Positions 36,968-50,616 of a stretch of 64,000 nucleotides of DNA are shown here, one piece after another. The notes beneath the pieces were generated by a model. It made no database searches. It saw nothing but the letters and a program-made list of their open reading frames with translations, and was not told where the DNA came from. The DNA comes from Vicugna vicugna. Its lineage: Eukaryota. The position numbers were made by a program, and so were the translations under genes. Each line of letters opens with the position of its first letter. The first letter of the stretch is position 1. The stretch covers positions 15,945,885 through 16,009,884 of the forward strand of contig MU062133.1 of NCBI GenBank assembly GCA_013265495.1. Reading direction: 5' to 3'.

Positions 36968-39900
36968 TGAAATTTGTGGACACAACGCTGGAGATTTTGA
37001 CCCTCCATAAAGGTCTGTGACACATGGCGACCTGGCGTTTGGCTGGGGCATCACTGGAATCGTGGGTCCCAGCTTGGTGTTTGCGGGAGACAGTGAGTGA
37101 GTTCAGCTGGCTGCCAGTGCCCACCTCTCCCTCTCGCAGGGGTGCACTGAGGGGCTGATGGGGTTGCTGCAGGGAATTATGATTGGATGCGTGTCAACTG
37201 AGTCTCCAGGTCTAAGGCCTACTGTGCTCCAGTCAACTTCTTTCTGGGATCTCAAAACAACGTCTGCTCCCATTCCCCAAAAGGAAAGCCCTCTCATTCC
37301 TCAAAACTAGAGATGGAGGCCTTGCTTACTGAATATAACCTATGAATTTTGTGCCAGCTTTCCTCCAAAAATATGCATATGCTGCAGCCACGGTCTCTTC
37401 CTTTCACGTATTCAAATGAGACATATGTCCCTCCTCATTTGCAGAGCAAATCCCTCCAACTTGTGCCTCAATCCACCCCCAACAACACCCCTGAAACCTG
37501 TTTCTCTCCCTGTGCTTCCTTGGCCCAGAATTTTGCTTCTCTCTGAATCTGTTGGCCCCCTCTCCCCTCTGCCACAGTCATGCACAGGCCCCACTGTGGA
37601 AAAGTATGGTCCCCTGACTCTGGTCCTTCTCCATCTTCTCATGGGCTCCTGGCATTCTTCACCCCAAGACTCTGTCTCTGAGTGTCTTACTGACACTGCT
37701 TCCTCATCTCACCCTGACATTCACTTGATGCTAGGGGCTCACCCCCATCCCGCCAGCCCCAGCTCTCCTCTGGTCTCCAGCACGGACTTCTGTGGCTGCC
37801 TTGTGTTCTGTCGAGGTGCACTGGATGCCCTGAGATGCAATACATCTTCTACCCCCATCAGCAACCTCTCATACCATGTTACAGCCTGCCTACTCTCTTC
37901 CGCCTTGAAAACTGTCCTTCCCCCTCGATTTCCTGTGTCTGTGCTTTGCAACTTCAGAGTATCTTAGTTCTGCAAACATGAACTGTGGGAGGAATGACCC
38001 CTTCATACACTCCTGGGCTGGGCTTTGTCTGGTCCTCTCTGGGGCGGTAACTTAGCCATCCTCACAACCCCACCCATGTTTGTTGGTGTTATTTTACGAT
38101 GTAGAAGGAGTTCTGATAGGACAGCTGACAGCAGGTAGCTGGAAACTGAAGCACATCCCCCCAACTCTAGAACTCAAGCCCTTGCCCTGATTCCACCTCT
38201 CTCAGTGCTGAACACCCACTATCAGCCAATATGGCTGTGGATACAAAGATGCTGACTTCAAGACACCACAGGATAACAAGAGAGAAAGATCTATAACCAG
38301 CTGTCACATTTCTTTCTCCTCCACTCCTTCAGCCAGTCCTAACAACTGTCTGTCCCAGCTCGCCTTCAGGCCAGCTGACATTGCCCACAGGAGCCAGCAG
38401 CCTGAGATGCAGTAAGAGCTTCTCAGCTCTGGAGTTTAGATTGTCCTAACCAAGGTGATCTGAGACGTGTGTCTCACTGTGCTGTGGCCAGGGTCAAGGC
38501 AGTCTGGGTGATGAAGTTGGGGTGTTCAGATCAGCGGCATGACTGCAGTGTGGAATACTTAAAACCTAGGACAGAGAGTTGCCCTACTCACATCTACACC
38601 ACTGACTTCAGGATAACGACATGTACCCTCCCAGGACTACCCAGTGATTTGTAGATACATGCTGAGGCCTCTGGGAAGGTTTTGTGATCCAGAGGCCCTA
38701 GAACCTGGAGCCCTGTACGTCAGAATGGCTGTAGACCAAGGGGGAAGGCAGTGGGCCTTCCAGGTACAGCCCAGACCCTCCACCCTCCAAGTCCACAGCT
38801 CCTGCAGAGTCATCACTTTCTTATGTGAAGGAGCAAAAAGACGATGCAGGGAGTTTGTAGGGGGTTCCCGCTGACTCAGCACCCACGTAATGTCCCTGGT
38901 GATGAATGTCACACAGACCCAAATCCACTTTGAATTCCAGGCAGAGAGATGTGTAATTATTCCATCCTCATTGGGGGCACTGTTACATTCTGATTTTCTT
39001 TCAACTTCAGATTAATAATTGAGAGCAAACTGCCCTCCCCACCCTCTGTACTCAGCTCCTTCCTTCTGTCTTCTTAGCAACCCATCAGCAGTTTTACCAG
39101 CGCTCATAAGCCCCTGGTCCTTCGCCACAACCAACATCTACTTGACAAACCGTAGACAAGAATTCAGGGGAGAGGGGACAACTTCCTTCCCAGGCACCGA
39201 ATCACAGCTATTCACATGCCACTTGTCAGCCATCTGGTCAAGGTTCGGGCTTCCTTTAGAGCCTGGTTTCTAGACAAAGGCAAATGGAGCACTAGGCACA
39301 GACTCCACTGAAGGCAGTGGGCCCCGTTCTCAGTGGAGCCTCATGTCCCGGGTACAGATATCCATTGTCTACACAGCATTATCCACTCTACCTCTGGCCA
39401 CACTGCAAAACATTGAGAACAAAGGGACTGGAGGGGACAGTGATGGGCAGAAAGAGACAGACATCCAGCTGTTGTTACTCCTAAGTCCACACATACAAAT
39501 GTGGTGACATGGTTTTTCCTTCAATAACCTTTACATTCTCAGGGCCTCCTGGGCCAGAAAGCTCTATTATTTTTTAATGAGTACATGGACTCAAGAAGAG
39601 ACAATCTTACTGACCCACAAAGGACAGCCTTGAACCTGTGAGCAAAACTGTGTTTCACACCATCTGAGACAATCAAGATGGCACCCAGGCCCCTAACTTG
39701 AACACGCAGTGACCACCAGCCCACCGTGGTGGCCATGGGTCGTCTGATAGAGTGTCGTGGCAGTGCTCTGGACAGCTCCATAGGCCCTGTGGGAAGCATG
39801 GCCTCACGAGATCGCACCTGGGCCTGGGCTTAGCAAGCAGCCCCATTCAGGGGGAGAAGATGACTCTTCATCAGACTCGGAGCTCTTCTCAGGGGAGGCC

Positions 39901-40082
39901 ATTTCTCTCATCTTGAGCCACTGAACCTGGAAAGGCTGAGGCTGAAAGAGAAAGTAGGAGGGACCCACTGCTCCCGAGGGCCCAACACTGCGCTCCTCTA
40001 ACAAACCTGCTGGCACGCAGCCTGAAGGGGAAGTAGGGCCTCTGCACGGGGCCTCATTAATCTTCACAGAGGCCTGTGAGTG

Positions 40083-40330
40083 TAACTGTTTCTACTGCTG
40101 CTGGAATAAATCACCACACCAGCCTAGTGTTGGGCCCTCACCGGAGGGTCTCCCAAGGCCAAAAATCAAGATGTCAACAAGAGAGGGTTCCTTTCTGGGG
40201 GCTCAGAAGCTTTCAGGTTCATTCAGGTTGTTTGTAGAACCCAGTTCCTTGCCCTCACCGTCCCTCTTCCTCGCTGTCTGTAGGCCAGGAGCCTCTGCCA
40301 CTTCCACGCTGCCCCCTCCATCCTCAAACC
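40083..40330 (-). mobile_element. MLT1 LTR fragment
   Basis: ctgctgctggaataaatcaccac...aaaaatcaagatgtcaacaag...ttcattcaggttgtttgtagaacccagttcctt is reverse MLT1. Confidence 0.65.
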
Positions 40331-42090
40331 AGGTTTAGTGGGTGGAGGGTGGTAGGCACAGAAAGAAAAGCAGACAAATACATGAGAAGGCCCATCGTTG
40401 GAGTGGAGAGGAGAGTGGGGTGCTGAGGGGGTGGGCAGAGGGCAGGCAGGTCCTAGTCCTGGGGGAGGTGAGGGCGATCCAGAGCTGTGCCCTATGGCCA
40501 TCCAGCACTTGGCCAGGTCTCCACAGGTGGCTGGATGCATCTGGGAAGTGCAGGAGGGGCTGGCAGTGCCTCTGGACTGAAGGCTGGGGAAGTGGGCAAG
40601 GCCAACGAGGCACCCAGCTGAGGAATGGGGGACTCGTCCCTAGGACAGGAAGGAGCCACCGGGAGCTGCCAGGCCCGGGAGGGTGGGAGAGACCTGTATT
40701 TCCAAGAGAGCACTTTGGCAGGAGTGTGGGGGATGGCTTAGAGGGGAGCAGACTTGAGATGGAGAACCATTTCGGGGATGTAGAGAGGGATGGAAGTGAG
40801 TGAATGCTGAAGGGAGAGGATCTTCAAGACTTGGTGACTTGGGGGCCAGGGGTCCTCTTGCTGCACACTGGAGTTGGGATCTCTTTATTCTAAAGTGAAG
40901 TCCCTCCACCCCTCAGCACCCTCTGTCCTGTGCAGCTGAAGCATCACTCTCCAAAGCCCTGATCCTCACCTGCAGAACTGACACTGTCCACATGATATAC
41001 CCACCACTGAAAACACTAAACAACAACAACAACAAAAATTCAGAATTGGCCTTCAAAATGCTGGAAGCTGGCTGTAGCATAATGGAACGTTGGAACTGGA
41101 GGAAACAGTGTTCCCTGTGAGAGCTGTCTGCAGTGCTTTTTTTTTGTGATTAAAAAAAATTTGTGGATTGTCACACACCCCCAGGAGCCCCTCCCAACCT
41201 CCCTGTTCCAATCAGCACTTGTTAATGCCAAACGACCGGGAAGCCAACTAGAGGAGATGGCCCTTGGATGTGAGATGTGTGTCAACATGGCTATAGAGAG
41301 AAGGTACTGGTGGACTGGACCAGAATGTGACATCATGAATAACAGTGTGGTGCCTGAATCCCCCTGGGCTGCTGCGGGGAAGAAGCACGTGCACTCTGCG
41401 TGGCTCAAGAGGGGAGAACGAGGCCTGAAGGATGGAAGCTGGGCTGGGACTTAGAAGAATTTTCTAACCACTCGACATGAAAATTCTCAACGGCAGAATG
41501 TGCCGAACTGTGGAGCAGCAAACCCATCATCGTAAGCAGTGTTAGTTCAAGCAGAGAGTGGACGGCGCCTGTCTCTCCAAAGGGCTGCAGAAAAAGCTTC
41601 AACAGATGGGAGGAAATGTGAGAGTAGATCACGAAGGAAGATGCCCAGAAACAGAGAAATCTCATCCCCATTGAGGAAGTCAAGGGCATACCTGGCTCCA
41701 AGTTCTCCTGGGCCGGTACAGGCAGATTCCTCCTCAGACACACCAAAGACCCCCGTCGCATCCCTGGACTGAGTCTCAGGGTTTTGTTCATGGGTGTTGG
41801 GGTTTTCTGCTCTGATTCCCGAGCTTCCAAGCCAGCCCCTGAATGGCAGGAGATGGACTTTTCTGATGGATTTCCCTACACTGCCCAGTTTGGGAGAACA
41901 GATGCTGTGGGTCAGGCCAACAGTCATAAATTTCCAGGAAATAACTCTTAGCGATCGAGGAAGAAAGCCATAAAGCATCCCGGAGGCAGGGACAGACGAA
42001 AACAGTGGCAGAGGACAACGTATGGGATTACCACTAAATGCCGGGCAAGCCTCATGGATCATTCTCCTGGCCTGCCGGCTGCTCGGGGGG

Positions 42091-42144
42091 CCAGTCCAAA
42101 CGCGCTCCCTGGTGCCCAGTCCAAACGCATTCCCTGGTGCCCAG
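42091..42144. repeat. Tandem duplication, 25-nt unit x2
   Basis: ccagtccaaacgcgctccctggtgc / ccagtccaaacgcattccctggtgc (23/25), followed by ccag. Confidence 0.9.
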
Positions 42145-43110
42145 AGATGGGAAGGGGCGCTGACACTCTGGACTCTTCCTCTTCTGTGGTTTACTCAACA
42201 GATACTGAAGTCTCCCTTGCAGCAGGCACCATACTGAGCACTGGAGACAGCCGGGAACAAAACAGACCAAATCCCTGCCCTTGTGCAGCTTATATGTGAG
42301 TCATCTCTTAGGTCTCCCCTGCTGGACGGAGGGAGAGGTAACTAACACTGTGCCCATATGGTGCTGGAGTTTTACAGACATCTGAATGGATTTCCACAGC
42401 AACCCCAAGCAGCATCCCCGAGTGATACTTTTAACACACGAGGAAGCTGGAGGGTAGGTCAGTGTCACTGGTTAGATCGAGCAGGTCTCTGACTGTACTT
42501 TCTCCCATAGCTGCAAATGGCAGCCCAAAACCACTGCGACCACACTGGGCCACCTGCTGGCACTGTTCTGGAACCTGTAATCCAGCCTCCCACCCCCACC
42601 ACTTTCTCTGCACTAAAAGATTAGGGTGAAGCGCCCCTAGGGTTTCTGCAGCATTCACCCAGACTTCCTCATCAACCCAATGCAGGGCGATGTGGCTAGA
42701 GTCGCCAACATGTGATCCAGATGTTAACGGTGTTGCTGTCCATCCTCCTCCTCATCCTTTTTATCCCCAGTCTCCTTCCAACTCCAAATTCCCAAGTTTA
42801 GTACTCCTAACTGAAGCCTGCCTCTGGCCCTTGGACTTGGCGCCCCTCGTTGGTCTTCCTGACTTTTGCATCTCAACTTTCCCCTGATGGTCCCCCTGGG
42901 CGTGCTTCCCCGGTCCTCAGCATCCACTTGTCCCATGAAGAAATCCCCTCTTTACCTCTGCTCTCCCGGCAACCACTCCTCTGGCCCCACGTGGCCTTCC
43001 CCCAAAGGACTGACTTGCTCCCCATCTCCCTGACCCTCATCCCAGGCACATGTGGTCCAAGGACACAGAGACCCCCACCCCAGCCCCAGCTTGCAGAGAC
43101 AGCAACTCAC

Positions 43111-43214
43111 CAAAGTTCTCTCCGCCCCAGATGTCCATGTCCGTGTCATATTTCCCCAGGTAGTCAAACCAGAATTTGTCCATCACAAAGAGCCCTCCAG
43201 CTATGATTGGAGTC
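43111..43214 (-). CDS. GALNT14: GALNT14 exon 9: WGGEN motif
   Basis: (R)[34 protein letters not shown](E). 104 nt. Confidence 0.98.
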
Positions 43215-43679
43215 CTATGCATTTGGAAGGCAAAGAGGGGAATCAGTCATGGGAGGGGGACCGTGGTCACGTTCTTCTGCACTGGTGGTCCAGACCTCAA
43301 GGCCATATTCTTCCTATTTCTGCTCTTCTTCATAAAGATCAATACATTGTCCACTTACCTCAAGTAGGAACTCACCCCAGGGCTTTCCCCTTTGATTATA
43401 AATCTCCTGACCTTGAAGACGGGCTGATTCGCTCATCAGCACATCTCCCCTGGGGGGCTGGGATTTGCTCAGAACCCCGGCTGTTCTGAGGGCCTGGGTA
43501 GCCTCCCCCGGCCTCTCTCATAGGCCCTGCCCAGTGGGGCTCTCCTGGGAGCCTCCCTATTGGCAGCGGGGACAGTCGGCCACTGACCAGGCAGAGAAGA
43601 GGGGCTGAGGCAGCACCTGTGAACAGCACATCCATTTCTTGAGACTTGCCTTTCTCTTTTTTGCCCCTCTTTCCCCCTC

Positions 43680-44067
43680 TGCTAGATATTGACTTATGCC
43701 CCCAGAAAAATGTGTTGAGGTCCTAACCCCAGGAACTCAGAACATGACCTTATTTGGAGAGGTCTTTACAGAGGTGATCAAGTTAAAATGAGGTCATTAG
43801 GGTGGGTCTTAAACCAATAGGACTGGTGTCACAGGGGACACAGGCACAGAGATAGACATGCACAGAGAGAAGATGATGGGAAGAGACACAGAGAAGACGG
43901 CCATCTGCCAGCCAAGCGAGCAGCCTGGCACAGCCCTCGGAAGGGACAACCCTCCGACACCTCGATCTTGGGCCTTCAGCCTCCAGAACATGAGACCGGA
44001 TGTCTCTGTGGGTATAAGCCACGCAGTCTGTCCTACTTTGTGGCAGCAGCGCTAGTAAAGGAACACA
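43680..44067 (+). mobile_element. MLT1B-like MaLR solo LTR
   Basis: gaggtcctaacccc...gtctttacagaggtgatcaagttaaaatgaggtcattagggtggg...cagcctccagaac; TG...CA ends. Confidence 0.88.
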
Positions 44068-45092
44068 GCCTCATCTTCACTTTCTTTTCCTGGGGTCTCA
44101 TCTCAACTTGCTCTCCCCTTGACTGCCGAGAAAGAGTCAGAGAAGCCACTTGGAAAGGAAAGGTTGGGGGAGTCCAGCCAAATGACCTGATAAGCACAAG
44201 GACATGTATCTGGAAGAATCAATGGCTGGGGTTGGGGCGTGAGCCTTCAGGGACCTGGCCTGTTGTTCAGTGGGTCCAGGGGGTTAAAAGAGTTTTCTGC
44301 AACGTCAAACTGTTAGTTGAAGGGGAGAGGGTCAGAAGCTCAGCCTCCTGATGCCACGACACCCTACTGTCCCTTGAGAATTGGCCCAATTCTGGCAAAC
44401 ACTTGTTCTCTGATGAGGAGAGATATTCCCAGAAGAGAACCTGCCCTGAGGACCCCGCCCTGGGGACAGAGAAGCCCTCAGATAGTCCCGAACTCCGGGT
44501 GGCCAACTTGCCACACGTGCTGCAGGTCACAGTGGGGACTGAGCGCGAGAATGTAGATCAGGACAAAGCCACCTACAGCATCGCCAGAGCAGCCCGGTGA
44601 TTGATGCCCCTGCCACGTTCTCGCACAGGACCCAGCAGTCATGTTTGTTAGGATGTAGCAGTGGCTATGCCTTGACACTGGCCTCCACTTACAGCAATGC
44701 TTGACTCAACCTTCCTGGGCTGAATCCTGACATTCAAGACCTGGGGGTTAAGGGACCACCTTTTCCCTTGTCAGAGGCTCAAACGGGACCAACTGGGACC
44801 CTCCAACACCTAGCAGGAAGCATAAGTACATCACGGCATGTGCATGGGTGGACAAGGCTGGGCATCTCCTCAGCACACATCTCCGCCAGGCCCCACTCCC
44901 TTCAGCAGAAGTCTCTACAAGGACAGAAACCTCCTAAAATAAGGGCAAAAGTGGTGCTGGCCTGAAAAAGGGTCCTCTTGGTTTCTGCCCAATATTCTGA
45001 GCATCTAATGTGGACTGCTTCCCTATACTATGTGACAGTGGGAAGGGCCAGGTGGTAATGAATCTGCCCACCCTACCCTTGCCTTGACTTAC

Positions 45093-45177
45093 CTAATGGG
45101 CTCGGTGGGGTCCAGGCGCCGCGCCTTCTGCTCTGGTGTGAGCTGCTCCCATTGGAAGTGGAGGCTCCAGTCAAACC
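45093..45177 (-). CDS. GALNT14: GALNT14 exon 8
   Basis: (G)[27 protein letters not shown](R). 85 nt. Confidence 0.97.
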
Positions 45178-45924
45178 CTAAAACACAGCGTCCACTCTGC
45201 TGATTCTTTGATTTATCTATAGAACTTGCTCATTCTGGCCCTTCATCAGAAGTTCATGAATATACCTAGTTTCCCAGGTGGTCCCAGGGATAACAGGTCT
45301 CACCTGGGCTGATCAGTAACAGAGCTGCCTAATTTCCCTTTCACAGCTTCCTTCTCTTTCTCTACCTCCTACTGCCTCTCTGAGCCCTCTCTGCTGGGGT
45401 GGGGCAGTTAGGGAATGAGGGCAGAGGATGAAGAGTCAGGGTTGATAGAACCCACGGGTGGGGCCCAAGGGGGACACGATGGACAGTTATGGAGTGTGGC
45501 CCTAGGACAGCAGTCTCAGGAGGGGTGTAAGCAGGAGGTGTGTGAGTGGCATCACTTCTAATCAATCTTGGGGAAGCAGTACTCAGTCCTGGGAAAAGCT
45601 GTGGGGACCACATAGAAGAGGGTGGTGCCCTCTGATGGGGCGCTGGAACAATTCAGGCCCCACACAGCCAGGGGGTCCTTGCCTCCCTCACACCCTTCCA
45701 CCCTGAAGGGAGCCCTGTGATGGAGCCAGAGCTCTGTGTGCTCGTCTGGCCCTTCCAATCACAGTGCCCGTGGTAAGGGCCACACTGGAGCTACTGACAT
45801 CACAGGTTGCAGGGCTGGATGTCCCAGACAAACCACTAAGAGGCTTTGCTCACTTTCCCCCTTGGCAGCAACAAGTAGGAGAAAAAGAAAGTCCTTCCTG
45901 GGCGGGTGCCTTAGCCCCACTCAC

Positions 45925-46012
45925 CCCCTCTGAGCTCTGTGGCCGACTCGATGTAGTTGAAAGTGTCCAGGTGGATGATATCGATCACAGGGCACACCAC
46001 CCGTGTGTAGTC
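45925..46012 (-). CDS. GALNT14: GALNT14 exon 7
   Basis: [29 protein letters not shown](G). 88 nt. Confidence 0.97.
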
Positions 46013-47919
46013 CTAGAAAACAAAAGGCTCACACACTCAGTTGGTGGTGCCAAGGAACCAGACAGGGAACCAGGGGACTTGGTAGGGCCTCACCCTGGGA
46101 GGGCCGGAGATCAGTTTCAGGACCCTGACCAAGCATTTTCCTCTCTGGACCTCAATGTTCTCATCTGTAAAATGGGGCAGTGGACATTGTTACCTTTCTA
46201 GTTATGATGCCCCCAATGCAAGAGCCTTTCCCTAACTCTCGGGAGCCTCTCACAGCCATCTAAGCATGGCGGAGACGCAGGGAGGCTGGTTGGAGCATGG
46301 TTCACACCAAACAGAGGGACGTCAGGAAGAAGGAAGCTCTAGGAGTCCTTCCCTAACATGGGGCTCTCAGGAGGCAGAAGACATGGTTAGTGGGAAAGTG
46401 GCCTCCAGCCTGCAGCTCCAAGAAGCAAAGCCACAGCCCCGCAGTGGGAACCTCTTGGAATTTCCCAAGACTTTCCTTCTTGGCTTGCAGTTCACGCGCA
46501 AGTTGATGAATAGCATCTCCAGAGATCCCCAACTTCCATTTCCTCCTGCAATACTAAGATCTGTCCCCCCAGCCTTGACTTCGTTCCTCACTTCTAGACT
46601 CAGATGGGTCCAGGATGCCGCCAGCTACCTCCATGTGGATTTCACACAGCCTTTCAGTGGTGCCTTCACCACCGTCTCCCTGCACATGCTCCTTTCCCTT
46701 GGTTCCCTATTTCTGTCAACAGAACCATCACACATCCCTCTTCTTTCCCAGCACTAACTTAAGAAGCTTCACCTCTGCCCATCAACTTGATCAATCCTGC
46801 CGACTATAACTCTACAACTGCCCTTCTGTACAGATTCTGCCTCTCCCTCACGCCCCTCCCCTGGAGTATACCACCATGGACTCCTAGCCCCTCCCCACCT
46901 CATCTCACCCTTTCCCCTCTCATTCTACAGATGGCTGACATCAAATCTTATTCTGTAGCTCAACAACTAAAAACTTGAAATGCCTTAAAGAGAAGGTTCA
47001 AACTCCTCAAGCCTGGCATCTGAGACCATCAAAAACAGGCCTGGACCTAACTTTCCAGCCTCACAACTTGCTGTTTCCTCCAGGCTACCCTATCTGTAAC
47101 CATCAAATTCATCCAGGAGATGGTTGCAAAATCTGCAAGACAAATTCTTAGGTGCCATCAAGGCATGGCATCTATTTTTAAAAAGTTCCTTAATTCTGAG
47201 TGAACACTCCTGTCCTGTCCCAGCTGCAGGAGGGGAGACTGGGCCCCCGCGGGCAGTATAAATGAGCTGTGACTGACCATGAAGACCTGGTAGCCGAATG
47301 GGAGTCCAGCAGCTGGGGAGAGTCAGCAGTTCTGGGCCAAGCAGGCAGGACCACTTTTCCACTCCTCCACACCTAGCACCCTCACTCAGCACGGGCGGGA
47401 ACTTCTGTTTCTCCTTGAAACCATTTAATTTCCTGGTTCAATCTCTTCCCCCAATGAGGCTGTCTTCTTCTTTTAAGCTCAGATTCACCGAGTGCCTGCC
47501 TTTACGTTCACAGACTTAATGTGGCCCTCAGCCTCCACGTGCGACTCATCCTGACAGTGACAAGGTGCTTCTGAAGCTAACTGGCTCCCGTGGAAGGAAA
47601 TGCTCATTTTCAATGCATTGCTCTCCCTCCTGGGTGGGCACAGATGCTTCCTGCACAGTCAGCGCAGCACCTGCCCAGCCACCACATGCTCGGGGGCCAC
47701 TGTCATCGTGGGTCTGAGTGTATTACACACTGAGTGCACACATAGCCACCCGCCATCCACACCAATACCAACACAGAGATGCACCCAAAGACATCCTCCT
47801 AACTTGAATTCTGAAATGTTCTAGAAGTTCAGAGGCTGACCTTCCTCTGTAGGCCTGACAAAATCCCCTTTTTGCATTTGTCTGCTGAGTTTTGGGGCCT
47901 CTGCAGCTTCACTGAGTCC

Positions 47920-48498
47920 TGTACAGTCAAGGATTAACCTTGCCCACAGATACATCTGACCCTTGCCCAACTCCTGGGAGGTAACTTCTAAGTCCTTGGC
48001 ATGTTCTGCCTATAAAAGTGTCTCTGTTTACCTGGGAGCCTGAGGCTATACCAGACAGTATATGCCAACAATGAGATTTATGGTAAGGGCCCTGGGCCAT
48101 GTGGTACCAATGCAACTTGACCTCTGGCCATCAACTTGATCAAAGAGCATGGAGACCATGGCAGTTATCTGCCATGTCTGTGTGACTGATCTCCAATAAA
48201 AACCCTGGACACCAAGGCTGGGCTGGGCTTCCCTGTTTGGCAACACTCTGTGAGTGTCGCCACACGTCCTGGCTGGAAGAAGCGCGTGCTGCCTGCACGC
48301 ACGCCTGCCAGCACTGGAAGGGGACAACTGGACAATCATGCCTGGAACTTTCCCCCCGGCATCCTTTCCCACTGCTGATTTTAATCCAGATCTTTTCATT
48401 GTAATAAACAGTAGCCATGTGTGAGCATCTTTGCTAAGTTCTGGTCCTTCTAGTGAATTACTGAAACTGAGGGTGGTCTTGGGGACCCCTAACCTGCA
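47920..48498 (+). mobile_element. MER21C-like ERVL solo LTR
   Basis: tgtacagtcaaggattaaccttgccca...ctcctgggaggtaac...ccaataaaaaccctggacaccaaggct...gtggtcttggggacccct; TG...CA ends. Confidence 0.82.
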
Positions 48499-50409
48499 AT
48501 CCTTTTCTTTTTTTTAGTCTTTCCTCAATATTTGGAAACCAAAATACAAGATAAAATGCTGGTTGGTTACTTGGGCCACAGGTTTCCTAAGAAGGCACCC
48601 ATGGGCTCTGCCTCCTGAGCTGCGGCAGGCTCTGGGGTACCTTCCTGTAAGTCCTCAGGGTGTCTGTCCTTCTGTTATTTACATCACAACTCGGTTGTGG
48701 CATCTGCTTGGCTCAGAGACATGGAGGCCAGAAAGGCAGTGTGGGATGTTTGGGACTAAGTGGAGTCAAGAAGGGGCTGCAGGAGACTTTCGACATGACC
48801 CATCAAAGCCAGGATATGAACCTCTCTAAGTGACCCTGGGGGTCAGATCTGCTCCACTTTCTCTGCCCTCAACCCCAGGCCAGAGCCTGCTGGGCAGCAG
48901 GTGGTCATTCAGCTACAAGAGGGCAGCTACCGACTCTTCTGAGGACACTATCAATGGCTGCAGTAAAGAGGTAGATCAATTACAGCTGAGCAAGAAGGCC
49001 TCTCCTCCTATAGGCTCAGGGATGAATGGACTCTCCAGAGAGATACCCAGACCCACTGCAGGTCCCCACCTCTGTGCCCCAGTGGCTATGTCTTCAAGGC
49101 TAGATCCACAGATAGGCTCCAGTGGGCACCTGGTGGAATCCCTGGTAGATCCAGAACAATTTGTCCCCTTCCCCTACACAAATCCAAGCCCATGCCTCAG
49201 CACCGCTAGTGAGAGCCAATGGCAGGACATCAGTCACCCGTCCAGTCATACCTCTCTCCTCTCTCCACGGAAACCACATTGTGAATGGACAATAAAAATC
49301 TTCTAGAGACAATCATTCACTCACTTCATCAACCAGCATTCCTGAGGACCTGTTATGGTTTAGGGATTGTGGTTGATACAAAGATGAGGAAGACCTTGCT
49401 CTCTAGGAGAATAGAGGATGACAGTGTGGCATCTCTGATTGCCTGGAGGAGGGGTGGGGCACAAGAGAGGGGCCAGAGACCAGGTTCCCATTCTGGTTCT
49501 GCCATCTGGAATGCATACAACCTCAAGAAAACTCTGTTTCTTCATCTATGAAGCAAAGACAAATTATTATTTGCAAAACAATCCCACCTTCCTAACAGGG
49601 CTTTTGTTAGGACCAAGAGAGGAAAACACGTGAAAGGGCTTTGAAGCATATGTAAGCCATTATTTTTATCAATTTACCAAATTCTACAGGGATTGAAATT
49701 TCTTAAAATCTTTTTTCGTACTAAAGGAATATGTAGCTAAGGAGAGGGGAGAAAGGAGCCTCTGTTTAAAAAGCCCCCAACAACTCGGTGCTTGTTTCAA
49801 GTCGCATCATGAAATTGAAGGGAAGGGAGGGAAATCAAGGAGATTTTCCACATGGAGAACACCAGCTAAGGACAGCTTCTGGCAGCTCCAGCCCAGTTTC
49901 CTTCTTATCTCTTTCTATTTTTGAAAATCCTAAACTCCAATCACAGCTGAAAATTTCCACTTCCACTCACAAGATCAAATCACATTTTACTCTGAAACGA
50001 GACACATACAAAAACACGTGGAAACAGGCTGACACGTGCCCATGCTCCCTGTCCTGAAGGCGATGTCTCAGCAGGACCTTTTCGTTATCCAGAGTCGGGG
50101 TCTGATGAATCTCTCTGCAGGGGCAGAACAGGACCATAGTCCTGGGTTTGTCTGATCAATCCTCTGCTATGAAAGCTTTAGGTCAGACAGTGGTGGGGAC
50201 TGGGAGCTTGGCTTGGGGGTGCTGAGCTCAATCTTGGGGCCACAAGGCTCCTACAGGATGATCACTGTGCACTGAAGCTGACCAGGGATGCACAAGCAGG
50301 CATTTTTCAAGGAGGGCTTCTGAGATAGACTCAGCCATGGGGATGGAAGGGAACTCCAGGTTCATTAAGGCTGCTGCAGGAAAGCATCTTGAAGGGACAC
50401 GTCAGCCTG

Positions 50410-50616
50410 GAGGTCCACATAGGTCAAACACTGAATTTCCATACGACCCAGCAGTTCCGCTCCTCAGTATAAACCCTGAAGAACTGAAAGCAGGTACTCA
50501 GAGGAAAACTTGTACACAAATGTTTGCAGCAAAAATATTCACAAAAACTGTAAAAAGGCAGACCCAAATGTCCATCTGAGGATGAGTGAATGAACAAAAG
50601 GTGGTACACACAGTGA
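50410..50616 (+). mobile_element. L1M ORF2 3' fragment
   Basis: ccatacgacccagcagttccgctcctcagtataaaccctgaagaactgaaagcagg...cccaaatgtccatc. Confidence 0.8.

Noticed and set aside
37416-37967. 183-aa plus-strand ORF, and similar ORFs at 41547-42062 and 46266-46757
   Set aside because: Low-complexity Pro/Ser/Leu-rich translations, partly over L2-like sequence, with no domain resemblance. Such ORFs are expected by chance in GC-rich introns.
43359-43449. Possible cryptic exon in intron 8 (donor-like GGG|GTGAGT and GAG|GTAAGT)
   Set aside because: The acceptor tract is weak, both versions (74 and 91 nt) shift the frame, and there is no independent support.
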